From positions 89,528,001 to 89,592,000 of the forward strand of contig OX597814.1 of assembly GCA_951406725.2 (NCBI GenBank): a stretch of DNA of 64,000 bases. Reading direction: 5' to 3'. This DNA is from Octopus vulgaris. Its lineage: Eukaryota. The translations under genes and the position numbers were made by a program. The first letter of the stretch is position 1. Each line of letters starts with the position of its first letter. The notes under the pieces were generated by a model, which made no database searches, was not told the DNA's origin, and saw only the letters and a program-made list of their open reading frames with translations. Shown here piece by piece: positions 1 through 13,430 of the stretch.

Positions 1-429
1 GTATGGTATTTGTTATACCTTTATTCGTGTTGGTTAATATAATTATGACAGTTTTACACATTTCAAACTTGTTCAACAACAAAGCGGAAAAAGTATTTTG
101 TGAAAGCAAACTTTTTGGTCTTTTCATTAATAAAGAGTGGGGAGGACAAAATTTCCCTATTTTTCTTTGGGTTGGTATTTGTAATTTTGAGAACCACGGC
201 CTAAGTAAACTACTTGTTGTTAAGTTTAACCACATACACTCACTCCTTTACAGATGCTATCACCTATCACTCCTCCTTAACCAACCGGACCGACACAAAT
301 ATCATGCACACACACAACCAAGGTACTTTCCGTTAGACATGCACTGATTTCACGAGAAGCTTCCAAGCTTTGGCTGGGGATCGATAGAGTTACCGGAAAA
401 AAAAAACACCTTGTGGTGGTTTGGCAGGG

Positions 430-780
430 TTTTTAACGTTCTGAGTTCAGTCCCAGCCGAAGATAGTTTAGTCTTTCATCGTTCTGGGATCGATGAAATA
501 AATATTAGTCTAGTAGTGGGATCGATAACATTGGTTAAAGCCAACAATTGTTGTCTTTTGACTAAATTCCAAATCGTTATTCAATATAAAAGAAGTAGCA
601 GAAACATTATATTGTAGAACTTAGTGCCTCGCAGTATTTAGTTCTGTTTTTCCTTTCAAGTTCTGAATTCAAAACCCACCAAGGTCGATTTTGCCTTTCG
701 TCGTTTTCGGGTCAATAAATAAGCAGCGGTCATGTAGTGCGGTCAAGAAAATCGGCAGCTTCCGTTTCCCAAATTTGAGA
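430..780 (+). mobile_element. Two degenerate copies of tRNA-derived SINE family A
   Basis: Contain variants of the 'gttctgagttca...ctttcatc...gggtcgat' body seen in the better copies at 13212, 22701 and 53823. Confidence 0.6.
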
Positions 781-829
781 TCATATGCTAGAATTAGAAA
801 TCCATGGTTATTCAATACAATCAAACTAA

Positions 830-960
830 TCTTCTTCTTCTTCTTCTTCTTCTTCTTCTTCTTCTTCTTCTTCTTCTTCTTCTTCTTCTTCTTCTTCTTC
901 TTCTTCTTCTTCTTCTTCTTCTTCTTCTTCTTCTTCTTCTTCTTCTTCTTCTTCTTCTTC
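830..960. repeat. (TTC)n microsatellite, about 44 units
   Basis: Perfect trinucleotide run; explains the poly-K/F/E ORFs. Confidence 0.98.
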
Positions 961-1129
961 AGTAAACAACAGTACAGAACAGATGAAAATATCCATACTG
1001 ATGCACATGGACTGTTCACACATACACATATATGTAACATAAGTATTCGTATATCTATTTCTGAAAATGCAGACCTACCTAACTACCCTGTATTGTTCAA
1101 CGTTGTTGTCGACGCTACATTTCACTCAA

Positions 1130-1620
1130 AATTTCTCTCCTAAAGGTGGCGCCTGCGTATATGGATATTAATAACAAAGTGACTCTGGTTCAATCTCTCC
1201 CTGTCTCACTTCAAAAACATATATTCTTCCTCAATCTATTTTCAACTTCGTCTTAGCAACATCTATTCGACCATATCTCTTCCAGCATCGACGAAATCTA
1301 TCTCACTTCCCTCCTCTCCGACGACATTGCACTTGGTGACTTTAACGCTCAGAACTCATGTTGCCTTTCACAGTTATCTCAGACCAAAGCCACCGGTGCA
1401 GGTCTCAAATCTTTCGCAGTTTAAATTCTCTATGCCAAAACTTCCATCCCCTACACGCAAGCATAACCGATGCTCAGACGCTCACACAACGTTGGTAGCA
1501 TTCTTACCTCCGTAATTAACAACTATCATACTATCATCATCACATCCCCTGCCGGGTCGTCTAATTACTGTACGTCATCGCAAGAACCCAACACAATACG
1601 CGTTATTAGGATATATGGCA
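1130..1620 (+). mobile_element. Degenerate LINE apurinic-endonuclease fragment (CR1/Jockey-like)
   Basis: Translates KGGACVY (~1142) and IALGDFNAQ (~1326-1352), motifs of LINE APE domains; frameshifted. Confidence 0.6.
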
Positions 1621-1783
1621 CATGCAATTACAGGTCCACGATTCCTACGCCGTCTGTGGTAACACAACTGGTTCAATCATAAACAGCTAAGGAGGTGACT
1701 CAAATGCTTTCAGAAAACCTCTAATTCTATAAATTGATTGGCATTTGCGAGCACTGCAACTCCTACTACATTTTCTCTGTTTC

Positions 1784-1864
<81 letters not shown>

Positions 1865-1910
1865 CATCCATCCATCTATGCATACTCACACAGCAAACAC
1901 ACACATATGC

Positions 1911-1958
<48 letters not shown>

Positions 1959-2185
1959 GCATACATATATACACACACATATATATATATACATATATAT
2001 GTATGTATATACATATATATGTGTGTATATATGTATGGATATATATATGTATATATATATATGTATATATACATACACGCATATGTGTGTATTTGCTGTA
2101 TGAGTATGCATAGATGGATGGATGGATAGATAGATATGTATGTATATACATATATATGTATATACATACATACATATGAATATAC

Positions 2186-2276
<91 letters not shown>

Positions 2277-2290
2277 CATATATGCATACA
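1784..2290. repeat. (TCTA)n/(TA)n compound microsatellite containing a foldback
   Basis: Arms ~1858-1916 and ~2070-2134 are reverse complements around a TA-rich tract. Confidence 0.9.
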
Positions 2291-2479
2291 TATCCCGGTA
2301 AATTTGAAACGTTTATATTAATTTAGCATTAGAATTCTTCAAGTTGTATAAAAATAGTTATTGCCTGCATCATTCGAAAGAGAAATAAATTCTGCGTAAG
2401 GTGTAAAAGATAACAAAAATTTGTATGGTGTTAGTAAGAAATAGAACTTTTATCATCGGTCTTAAAATAATTTTGGCCA

Positions 2480-2521
<42 letters not shown>

Positions 2522-2529
<8 letters not shown>

Positions 2530-3063
2530 GTTGTATACTATCAATCTAACGTGAACGTGACAGTAGGGGGTTACACCACCGCTGTTTAGCCCTAGGAAGC
2601 ATCGACGCTTCCTGCTGGCTTCGACACATTTTTCCTGTGTCCTTATATACATTTACGAAGGGGAGACAAACACCCCCAGCTGCCAGGCCTGCATCTAGAG
2701 ACACGCACTTTTCAGGATCCTTGTCCTTCATCGGTCTAGAGTAGCAGACGCCCGTCAGCCGAGAATATCTGTCCCGATTCGCAAATGTATATATCTAATT
2801 TTCAGTGAAGTTTAATCACTGATTACCTAAATCAGAAATATAAAATTTCTAAATTTCTTATAGAGATATGTACGGTAAAATTATATAAGGACACAGGAAA
2901 AATGTGTCGAAGCCACCAGAAAGCGTCGATGCTTCCTAGGGCTAAACAGCGGTGGTGTAACCCCCTACTGTCACGTTCACGTTAGATTGACAGTATACAA
3001 CCATTCTATTGCCCCACCACCGTACATATCTCTATGAGAGATTTAGAAATTTAATATTTCTGA
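2522..3063 (-). mobile_element. (TA)n-flanked PLE-like cassette with nested inverted repeats and a hammerhead variant
   Basis: 2522-2648 is inverted at 2882-3008 and 2832-2876 at 3019-3063; HHR at 2694-2740; a related cassette lies at 16477-16690. Confidence 0.7.
2694..2740 (-). ncRNA. Type I hammerhead ribozyme, variant/degenerate
   Basis: Minus strand reads tctaga CCGATGA agga-caagga-tcct GAAA agtgcgtg TC tctaga: stems I and II intact, U4C core variant, stem III damaged. Confidence 0.65.
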
Positions 3064-3094
3064 TATATATATATATATATATATACGTATGTAT

Positions 3095-3168
<74 letters not shown>

Positions 3169-3206
3169 TGATCAAAATAAAGTAAAAACATGATGCGAAG
3201 GATTCA

Positions 3207-3284
3207 GCGGTACATATGTTTCGGGCCTTTATTAGACAGATTTATAACAATGCATAATGTATGTCTGTGGCCTTCTTCAGCCGC
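3207..3284 (-). ncRNA. Type I hammerhead ribozyme
   Basis: gcgg CTGAAGA a-ggcc...ggcc-c GAAA catatg TA ccgc; palindromic stem III ACATATGT; A-C mismatch at the base of stem II. Confidence 0.8.
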
Positions 3285-5205
3285 GCACAACAGCTTCCAC
3301 AAGGACATGTGTTACATCAAAAATTCTTGGTTGGGGATGCAAATCCTCTCATTCGCGTACGACATAATGCGGCAGCAGCATAGAATTGAAGCGTCCATCT
3401 CTTTCTTCTCTCAATGTAGAATGAGGAAAATTGGATGTTGAGGTAATGTAAATAAATAAATACATATATATAGGTGAAGATGGAGGGGCGAGAGTTCGGG
3501 ACGAGGGATAAAAAATGTATAAAAAGTGTAAGTATAGAATAATATAAAAATAATATAAAAATGTAGAGGATAAAGATATAAAGAGTTATAAGGAGATGAA
3601 AAGGGGGTATAAAGAAATATAAAGAAATATAAATAAATGTAAAGGCATAAGGTTATAAAGTAAAAATAGAAATAGAAATAAAAGTAAAAAAACCTGATAC
3701 AAACATGATAAAAGTGTAAAAGAATGTAAAGATAAGGGATGTATGGAGGTTACGGACCAAGCATGGTGGTCAGGAGATTGATAAAATTTAGTTGTAGAAT
3801 TGTCAGTAAATCAACAGTTTCGTCTGGGGACCTAATGTGTTGTAAATCAGAGCTGATGAGCATTTAATCTGGTTCCTTGAATTAAATGGACTTCTAGTAC
3901 ATACATATCATCATGGATACATACACCCACATACACGCGTACATATACGCCTCCAAGCCTATAAGCATACACACGCACTCGAGTGTAAACATGTACATAA
4001 ACACACACGCACCCACACGCACGCTCGTACACACACATACATACAACAGAATATCCGCATGTATACACGGACACTATACGCGTACACACTCACATGTACA
4101 TACGCGCGCCTCTCCCTACATACACACACGTATATGCCCACGCCTCTAGGTCTAGGTATAAGATATTAAAGGATGTGTATAAGAACGTATGTAAAGAATC
4201 CCGTACTCATGTCCATACGTGCACGCACACACGGCTGTGTGTCCGTATGTGCGTGCACATATACACTCATATACACACACAGAGACACACGCGCACATGG
4301 GTATAGCTATAAGATATCGAAGTATGCATGTACATATATGCGCGTGCATATGTATGTATGCGTATACACACGTACGCGGACGCTCGTATAGTCAAAAATT
4401 AGATCCATAGGTAAGTAAATAAACATATATAGAGGTGTAAAGCGATAAGTTAGGGGTAAGAATGAGGGTAAGGGTAAAGATTAGAAATAAAAAATACAGT
4501 ATAAAATAAGAAATACAATGTAATAGTTAGAAATGAAATATAAGAATTATAAAAATTATAAGAGTTAAGGTAAGGGATGAAAATAAAAATGAGAATAAAT
4601 GGAAGTAGAATAAAAGTAAAAATAAAATTAAAAATAAAAATAAATGGAAGTAGGATAAAAGTAAAAATAAAAGTAAAAATAAAAATAAAAATAAAATAAA
4701 ATAAGATAAAAATATAATTTGGTAAAGTTTAACATGAGATGAAGGTGGTTGAAATTTAGAGGTGTGTGTTAAACGTAGGGGCGGGCGGGGGGAACTGGAA
4801 ATTGGAAGGGTGGGAAGTGGAGTTTGGCGGTGTGCGTTCAACATCCGAGTTAGAAATGTGAAAGGGTATAGATATAGGGAATTAAAGAGACTATATAGGG
4901 AGGATATGGGTGTAGGAGAAGAATTATTTAGGGAAAAGAAGTCATATATGGGAGACAAAATTTGTATATATAGGAGGAAAATGCAGGGAACCGTATATGC
5001 ATATACACACACCCACACACACACACACACACGCACATGTATATATATATATATATATGTACACATACGTACACGTATGTGCACACACATACACACACAC
5101 ACACACACATACACATATACACGCACATATAGGAAAGCGGGATGTGCTGGAGCCGACAGGTTGCACCGGGTGGGAGGAAATTGCATGGGGGAGTTGGTAT
5201 AAGAC

Positions 5206-5311
5206 CTAAGCTTTGTAGTATTTGAAAGTATTAATAAGTTTATGTATACAGGATGGTTTGAACTCTGACCTTTTGTTAATAAGATTGTGTTTGTCTTTGA
5301 ATTTCAAGATG

Positions 5312-5313
<2 letters not shown>
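5206..5313 (-). pseudogene. C-terminus of a PLE GIY-YIG endonuclease (Naiad/Chlamys-like)
   Basis: Manual translation NILKFKDKHNLINKRSEFKPSCIHKLINTFKYYKA* matches the LxNKRSE-x4-CxH tail I associate with that clade; below the ORF-track length cutoff. Confidence 0.7.
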
Positions 5314-5351
<38 letters not shown>

Positions 5352-5419
5352 GATATATTGTTTTTCTGTAGTTTCAGCTTGGAGCTGCGGCCATGTTGAT
5401 GCACCGCCGCTTTGCTACA

Positions 5420-5691
5420 CTGTTATTACTGAGAGCCTCCTCCAATATGTAGCATTTGGTGAAGAATGGAGTTTAATATAGCTACCCTCATTTGCACCTC
5501 TTGACGAGATGTACGTTAATCTGGGACATTCGACAGGAAGAGGTCCCGCTTAGATTTAAAATAAACGCCTACATCTATTTTGTACAGGTTCCTCATGCTC
5601 TTTGGGAGAATATTAAAAAGCTGTGGGTCCTTGTAACCCAGGCTGTTCCAGTAACTGGTCTTGAAGCGCGATGGCATTGCTGGGATTTTGG

Positions 5692-5695
<4 letters not shown>
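5420..5695 (-). mobile_element. 3' end of a CR1/L2-like LINE
   Basis: [21 protein letters not shown]...[14 protein letters not shown] resembles CR1 ORF2 C-termini; truncated at (TA)n. Confidence 0.65.
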
Positions 5696-5782
<87 letters not shown>

Positions 5783-6111
5783 CATATATATTATATATAT
5801 ATATGTATTGTACATAAATATACAGCTATATACATATATATACATCTATATATACACATATATACATCTATATATATACACATATATACATCTATATAGA
5901 CAATATATACATCTATATACACACACATATATATATACACATATACACATATATACACACATATACATATATATATATAATTATATACATATTTATATAT
6001 ATATACATATGCACATATATACATATATATACAAATAGATAAGTATATATACATACATATATATATATACTTATATATATATACACATATACATATATAT
6101 TTATATATATA

Positions 6112-6749
6112 CTAGCAGTATCGCCCGGCGTTGCTCGGGTTTGTAAGGGAAATAACTATATAAGCATTTTTAGAGAGTTATAGCCAAAAAATAGCAAAAA
6201 ATGCATTGAAAATGGAAAAAATATGATGGTAAATTTTTTTCAAAATCGTTGACTCATCGTAGACATTTTTAGAGAGTTACTTCCCTTATATAATAGCGAA
6301 AAAATGCATTAAAATGGAAAAAAAACGATGGTAATTTTTTTTTTAAATCGTAGACTCATGTAGACGCTTTCTTAGCCATTTCTGTTTTGGTGTCTTCAAG
6401 CCATGAAGTCGTTGTTCTAAAAGAACGCTGGTCTCCTTGACAACGCATTACGACGTTGATTTCCTTACACTCCCTTCCCCACAGGTGCAGGTGTGAGCGT
6501 GGACGCCAACTCCGCCGCCATCGACACACGAAAAATTATGCATTAAAATGGAATAAAAAAATGATGTTAAATTATTTTAAAAATCGTAGACTCATCGTAG
6601 ACGCGCGCTAATACTCAGACGGGCTTGATATGAATCACGACTATAAGCTACCCGAATTTGGTTAAACTGCACCGCAAAATGTGGGAGTAGTTAGGAATCT
6701 AAATCGAAGGGGACAGACACTCACACAACTACAGTTTTACATATATAGA
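6112..6749 (-). mobile_element. Non-autonomous Helitron
   Basis: Minus strand starts TCTATATAT and ends with hairpin CCCGAGCAACGCCGGG then CTAG, between A and T; internal ~100 bp repeats. Confidence 0.8.
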
Positions 6750-6769
6750 TATACATAGCGCAGTAGTGG

Positions 6770-7357
6770 TGAGATGTGACAGCAAAGAAAAGCATACATT
6801 CACTCTCTGCATGCAATTAGACTCGGAAAGTTCGTGAGGAACCCATTGACCCAATTTGCTGACTTTTCCGATAGCACACAGGTCTCAATGAATGGTTGAA
6901 TGACCAAATCCAAGCTTCTCTGCTAGTTCCTCAACAGCTACGATGAGATTTTGTTCCACCAGGGTTTTCAGGATGTCCTTGTCGAGTTCTACAGATCTTT
7001 CAGGATGAGGCTCGTCTTCTAGGCTGTAGTTTATGGCTCGGAATTTCTGGAACCACCATTGACACTGCCTTACGCTTATTGTCCAATCCCCATATACTGC
7101 ATTAATATTTCTTGTACTTTCCGTTGCGTTGTTGTCTTTATTGAACTCATAAAGCAAAATATGCCAAATATGCTCCTTTGTTACTTCCAACATAGCTTTG
7201 AAAAAAATAGCTGTTAAAATCGAAATGCACTCTTCAAAACTTGCACTATGAATAAGGACAAGATAAAATTACTACCTGCTTTTATAGCAAGTTAATATAA
7301 GTAGTTTATCCCATTCCCCTCTGACTTTTAGTTCAAGCTGTTGAAAAAACCGCATTA
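6770..7357 (-). mobile_element. Mariner transposase N-terminal fragment with one end
   Basis: ORF 6885-7193 gives HIWHILLYEF...WFQKFR...SLEDEP (HTH), continuing past a stop to GQWVPHEL, the mariner linker motif. Confidence 0.85.
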
Positions 7358-7612
7358 TTATATATATATACATACATACATACATACATACACACACACA
7401 CTCTCTCTCACACACATGCACACATTTATATTCTGTTATTCTTTTATATGTTTCAGCCTTGAGGTTGTGGCCATGCTGGATCATGTGTGTGTGTGTGTGT
7501 ATCTATCTGTCTGTCTGTCTGTATGTATATATGTATATGTATGTGTGTGAACAATAATATTTTCAACAGATGTGTTGCAAATGTATCTGATTGTTCTCAA
7601 GCTTCAATACTG

Positions 7613-7649
<37 letters not shown>

Positions 7650-8321
7650 ATGTATGTATGTATGTATATGTATGTATGTATGTATGTGTGTATGTATGTA
7701 TGTGTGTGTGTATGTATGTATGTGTGTGTGTATGTGTGTGTGTGTATGTATGTATGTATGTATGTATGTATGTATGAGTGTATGTTTACTTTATTACTAA
7801 CACAAGCCACTACGGTTATTTAATGTAAAGTCTTCCTCAAATCACTATCTCTCGCTATTTACTCTCTTCCAAGAACATTTTCACTCACTCTTATGTCTTA
7901 GCTTCCCATACATTTTACTCATGTATCTATCAGCGTCATAGACAGAAACAAACATTACATCGCCATCGTCACCGCATTCTATTGTCTACCTGTCAACACA
8001 CTGAATTACTTTCACTTTATTCGTAGTACACTGTGTGTGTGCGTTTGCGTGTGCTGTAAACCAGACTAAGAAAAGCATTTGACATACACACCAGACAGTG
8101 AGTTTTCTGTAAATTTTGTTTAATTGGAGTTTAAATTTTAAAAACTGGACCTGGCATGGCCCGATGCATTCTACTCTTTAAAATGCTAGGTAAATTGTAA
8201 TTGAAGAAATCCTATATTGTAGATTTCTATAAGATACAAAGGGAGGCAGATAAAATCTGCCTCTTATAATAAGAGATACACACATATATATATACATACG
8301 TACACATATATACATATATAT

Positions 8322-8375
<54 letters not shown>

Positions 8376-8384
8376 TATACATAT

Positions 8385-8722
8385 TTATAAAAAGTGTAGG
8401 TGGCATACGAGTGGGAATATATTTATAAAAAAGAAGTTTGAAAACGACACTATATAAGATAAATTTTAATTTTCTGAGAGATTTTACGTTTCGGCTCTTC
8501 TTGAAAAAACGAACCTTATCAAAAATATCTTTCAAAGTGAAGTGTAAAAAAAAGTTCATAATTGTTTCTTACTAGTCTCAACAGAGACCACGTGGTGGTG
8601 TTTTGTGGTGGTGGTGGGTATCTTAATGGCTGTCTTGTGCATTGACTAGAATCGTTGGCTGTAACAGGGAAAATGATCGTTGGTCGTAATAGCAGTACTA
8701 CTGTTATTACGGCCAACGGTCA
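8385..8722 (-). mobile_element. (TA)n-flanked PLE-like cassette with decayed HHR and terminal hairpin
   Basis: 8478-8530 reads atattt TTGATAA ggttc...gagcc GAAA cg TA aaatct (two core mutations); 23-bp hairpin at 8674-8722. Confidence 0.55.
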
Positions 8723-9019
8723 CATATGCATAAATATATATATATATATATATCGTCACATACATACAGATATATATACATATATATACATATACATATA
8801 TATACATATATATACATATACATATATACATATATATACATATATATATATAGATATATATACATATATATACAGATATATATATATACATATGTTTATA
8901 CATATATATATATATATATACATACATATACATACATATATCTATATACATACATATATATATACACACATATATACTTATATATATATACATATATATA
9001 TACATATATATATATATAC

Positions 9020-9070
<51 letters not shown>

Positions 9071-9542
9071 CACACATATATATATACATACATACATATA
9101 TACATATATGTATATATATATATATATATATACATATATACATATATACATATATATATATATACATGTATATATACATATATATATATATGTATATATA
9201 CATATATATATACTCATATATATACATATATGTACATACATATATATGCATATATATAATATATATACATATATATATTCATACATACATATATATATAT
9301 ACATACATATATATATAGACATATATATATATACATTAATATAAAAATATGTATATCTATATATATATATATATATACATATATATGTACATATATATAT
9401 TTGTATATATATACATATGTATATACGTATATATATATATATATACATATATATACACATATATATATTTGTATATATATACATATGTATATACGTATAT
9501 ATATATATACATATATATACATATATATATACATATATATAC

Positions 9543-9619
<77 letters not shown>

Positions 9620-9780
9620 TGATATACATATATATATATACACTTATATATATACATATATATGTGTACATATATTTATCTAATATATACATATATGTTT
9701 ATATACACACATACACACCTATGCATATATGCATATAACTACCTACCTACCTACCTACCTACTTACATACATACGTATGT
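8723..9780. repeat. About 1 kb degenerate (TA)n/(TACA)n array
   Basis: Direct inspection; source of many YI-repeat ORFs. Confidence 0.97.
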
Positions 9781-10122
9781 AGCGGTGAGTAAAATTTTAA
9801 TTTCCTGGTACGAACGATTTAACTTTCAAGTCTGTCTGGACTTTCAACACGGACGTAATCATAACTCAGGAAGCTACTATTTCTACATAAAGAAGCATAC
9901 ATAATATCTCTGGTGCAATAACACTTTGAACATAAAACATGAAACACATTTAAATCCGCCCTCAACACACAATACACACACACACACGTTCTGACACATG
10001 CGCTCATACATGCGTATTATCATACCACGTACATATATATATTTTTAAATGTTATATACTAGAGACTAAGGGCATAGACTGGAGTGTATGCACACTCACA
10101 CACAAAAGTATCACATACATCA

Positions 10123-12050
10123 ATATGATTATGCTGAAATATTCGCCCTCACTAACTAACTGATGAACTCTTTTCACTGGAATTTGTTCCGGTTGTTTAC
10201 GTTCTCTGTTCAAATTCTTCTTTTGGAAACGATAAAATACAATACCAATCAAGGACCGATATAATCCATTGAACACACTTATCCAAACCTTAGAAACGGT
10301 TACTAAATTATTGTTCGGATTCTGTCAATAACCCCACCTCTCTCTTTGTTTCAGGCACACATAACTATACCTATTTTCATATAAATACATATATGCTTGA
10401 CTGCATTCACAAGAACATTTAACAAGAAACGTAGCTGCTGTTTCTAACAGATTAGAGCACCATTTTTCAATCTTTTTTCGATCTACAGTGCACTGAATAG
10501 AGTGCTAAATGTGTTACAGAAAAGCATTATCAGTTTTATAAAAATTTTATCATCAAAAGGGAATATTTAAATCGAAGATGGGCGTATACGTTGTACTTTT
10601 TTGGCAACAATTCTACATAAAGCTGGTTCATTGCATTAAAAACATTACTCACGTTTCCTAAATTTCCTGGGCTATTCCGACACGCTTCAAAAAATTCATG
10701 GTACACAAGAAGTCAATACTTAGAATAGTTGTTGAAAACGTCTGGTGCAGAGGTTTTTTTTTATCCCGAATAAATTGTTACTTAGCTCCCGGTCAGCTCT
10801 GACTGAACAGCTATGTTTGCTCAGTGAACCTCGTTTACATTTGCATAGTATTTTAGAGTCAAATTATGCATGTATCCTTCCAGTTTTAAGACGGTTGAGG
10901 GAAATTTGAATGCAAGTCAAGCTAATGGTTTCCCCGTTGGGCCGTTTCATTTATAAGTTTGTTTCTTCGGTACAAAGTAACATTTTGTTGGCTTGTGTAT
11001 TGCTGAGTTAATCTAGTGAAACAAAGAAAACGTGTCATGGTATTTCTGCCAATCGGTTCAATGGACGGCCCGCGGTGATTTAACAAACCAGCGCTTCGTG
11101 CCTGTAATTGAATATTCGTGAGAAAATAGAAAAATGATTTGTTGTTGACTTCCTTTGGGTATCTTCTTTTTACAAGCTATTGTAAATGATTGGATACTTA
11201 GTATGTAAAATGCCGGAGTATATGTAGCTAAGTATTTTATCCAACGGTCTAATAATTCCACGAACCCATCGTCCTAGATTGGTAGAATGTTTTATCGATA
11301 CCAGAACAAGGTAAGGAGGATACTGACCTCGATGAGATTTGAACTCAGACAGTAAGAATTTAGAACATATACCACAGAACATTTTCTTGGCACAAGGCCA
11401 GCAATTCCGGGGAGGGGTAAGTCGACTGGTACTTATTCTATCGGCTCTGAGAGGATGAAAGGCAAAGTAGACCCCGACGGAATCTGATTCCAGAACTTAA
11501 AGACGGACGAAATACCTCTACACATTTCGCCCTTCATGCTAACAATTCTGCAACAAATGATGTTGACAATTCGGCAACAAATGATGTTGACAATTAAGAC
11601 AGTAGAATAAATTTAATGCCATGGAAAAGAAAAGAAATCGAATGTTTCAGGTAGAACCCTTCATCGGTGACACACACACACACACCTTAAGAGGAATGGA
11701 AATTTTTTATTTACAAGTGGTAAATAGATTGAGGAAAGTGTATATATTCCAGCCATTGTTGTTGGTTCTATATTATGCCCTATGAGATATAAGATATGAT
11801 TATGCTGAAATATTCGCTCTCACTTATTAACTGATGAACTCTTTTCACTGGAATTTGTTCCAATTGTTTACGTTCTCTGCTCAAATTCTCCTTTTGGAAA
11901 CGATAAAATAAAGTACCAATCAAGGACTGATATAATCCATTGAACACACTTATCCAATCGTTAGAAACGATTATTAAATTATTATTCGGATTCTGTTAAT
12001 AACCCCACTCTCTCTCTTTTTCATGCACACGTAACCTTACACATTTTGAA
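10123..12050. repeat. Dispersed direct duplication of ~250 bp (10123-10375 and 11794-12048)
   Basis: Both start atatgattatgctgaaatattcgc and align collinearly with scattered substitutions. Confidence 0.9.
11270..11552 (-). mobile_element. SINE family A, two adjoining degenerate pieces
   Basis: Reverse-complement body motifs (ggatgaaaggcaaagt, tttgaactcag) and tail ttggcacaaggccagc. Confidence 0.7.
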
Positions 12051-13211
12051 TCTCGAGTGAATTTCGGACTCAAGATACACAAGGAAGAATTTTAATTCCA
12101 TGAAGGTTTTAGAGTGAGACACTGCTGTTTCAGCCATATTGTAACCTAAAAGTATATTGGCTCTGTTTGATTGCAGTTAACAATGATAAAACAAATCGAT
12201 GATTAAAGCGTTCCAAACATGACTATATCATAGTTTATTCAACTAATGTTTCTAAGACAACTGTGTGTCCTTCACTTAAAAAAATGGTAGTGTGACATTT
12301 GAGGGAAATAGAGCTTCCCTGGTTAGCTTGTAAGTCCGCAGGGTGGTTTGTTTACAAGATGCAATGGAGAAGTATGTGACAGCCATACCTCTCCCAAATA
12401 TATTATTAGTATCACGGAGTGGCTGCAACTGCAAATAAAACTGACTCAGGTTAAAAAATTACATCTTGCTCTCTGTCAGTCACCATTGTATAGAAAAATC
12501 ATTGATTTGAAGAAGAAAAAGTAATTAAAAATATTTGCATATGAGTTCGATTTTTTCTCGTCTTAATAGCCAAATCGTAATTCTTCTAGTCAAACACTGA
12601 CTTCATTGGCATGTTGCTCATTATTTTTTATTTTATGAGACAGGAAGTTTATTAGAAACTAGACGGAAAACAATAAAATTTGCTGATACTTTATCATATA
12701 ATGTATTTAAAACCAAGACCAAGTGACTGAAATAGTTTTGTTTGTAGATATTTTCTTGTTACGTTTCATTATAAATTTAACATCACGTAAGAGCTAGGAT
12801 ACAGTATTTACAAGAAGGCACAAGCAAAAAATGCCTTCGCTTCAAACTTTAGGAGCATTAAAACTGGTTAACATTACTCTCTTTTGTATGTGAAGTAATG
12901 AATATTTTGAGCAGAAACTTTGTCATCCACAGTGACGGCTGTTTGGATATGGGTGTCTTTATAAAAAAGACGATTGGATATTCGGCTAATTATAGAAAGA
13001 TATTCAGCGGTCTAGACTTGATGTTGGAGAGCAGTTGTCAGTTTTATAAAGCAGTGTAATCACTCCGTCTGGGCTCAATGGCACAAGGTAAAACGCAAAA
13101 CTTATACTAAATCGATTCTAATCACTGTTCATAATCCCATTTGATGCGATTTCACTTCTATTTTTAGCTTTAAAAAATATAATCAATGAATATTAATATT
13201 TTAAAAGTTGC

Positions 13212-13430
13212 TAAGGCGGCGAGCTTGCAGAATCGTTGGCACGCCAGGCGAAATGCTTAGCAGCATTTCGTTCGTATTTACGTTCTGAGTTCAAATTCCG
13301 TCGAGGTGAACTTTCCTTTTCATCCATTAGAGGTCGATAAAATAAGTAACAGTTGAGCATTTGGGTCGAAGAAATTGACTTCCCCTTCCTCCGAACTTGC
13401 TGGCCTTGTGCCAAAATTTGAAACCAATAT
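13212..13430 (+). mobile_element. tRNA-derived SINE family A, tail type 2
   Basis: Head aaggcggcgagct-gcagaatcgtt, B-box-like gagttcaaattcc, tail ggccttgtgccaaaatttgaaacc. Confidence 0.85.

Larger units (their letters stand above)
3165..5314 (-). mobile_element. 5'-truncated Penelope-like retroelement (Naiad-type), (TA)n on both sides
   Basis: ORF end at 5313-5206, about 2 kb low-complexity 3' region, HHR at 3207-3284. Confidence 0.75.

Noticed and set aside
4527-5202. 219-aa and 146-aa overlapping ORFs
   Set aside because: Low-complexity sequence downstream of the PLE stop codon; no domain motifs.
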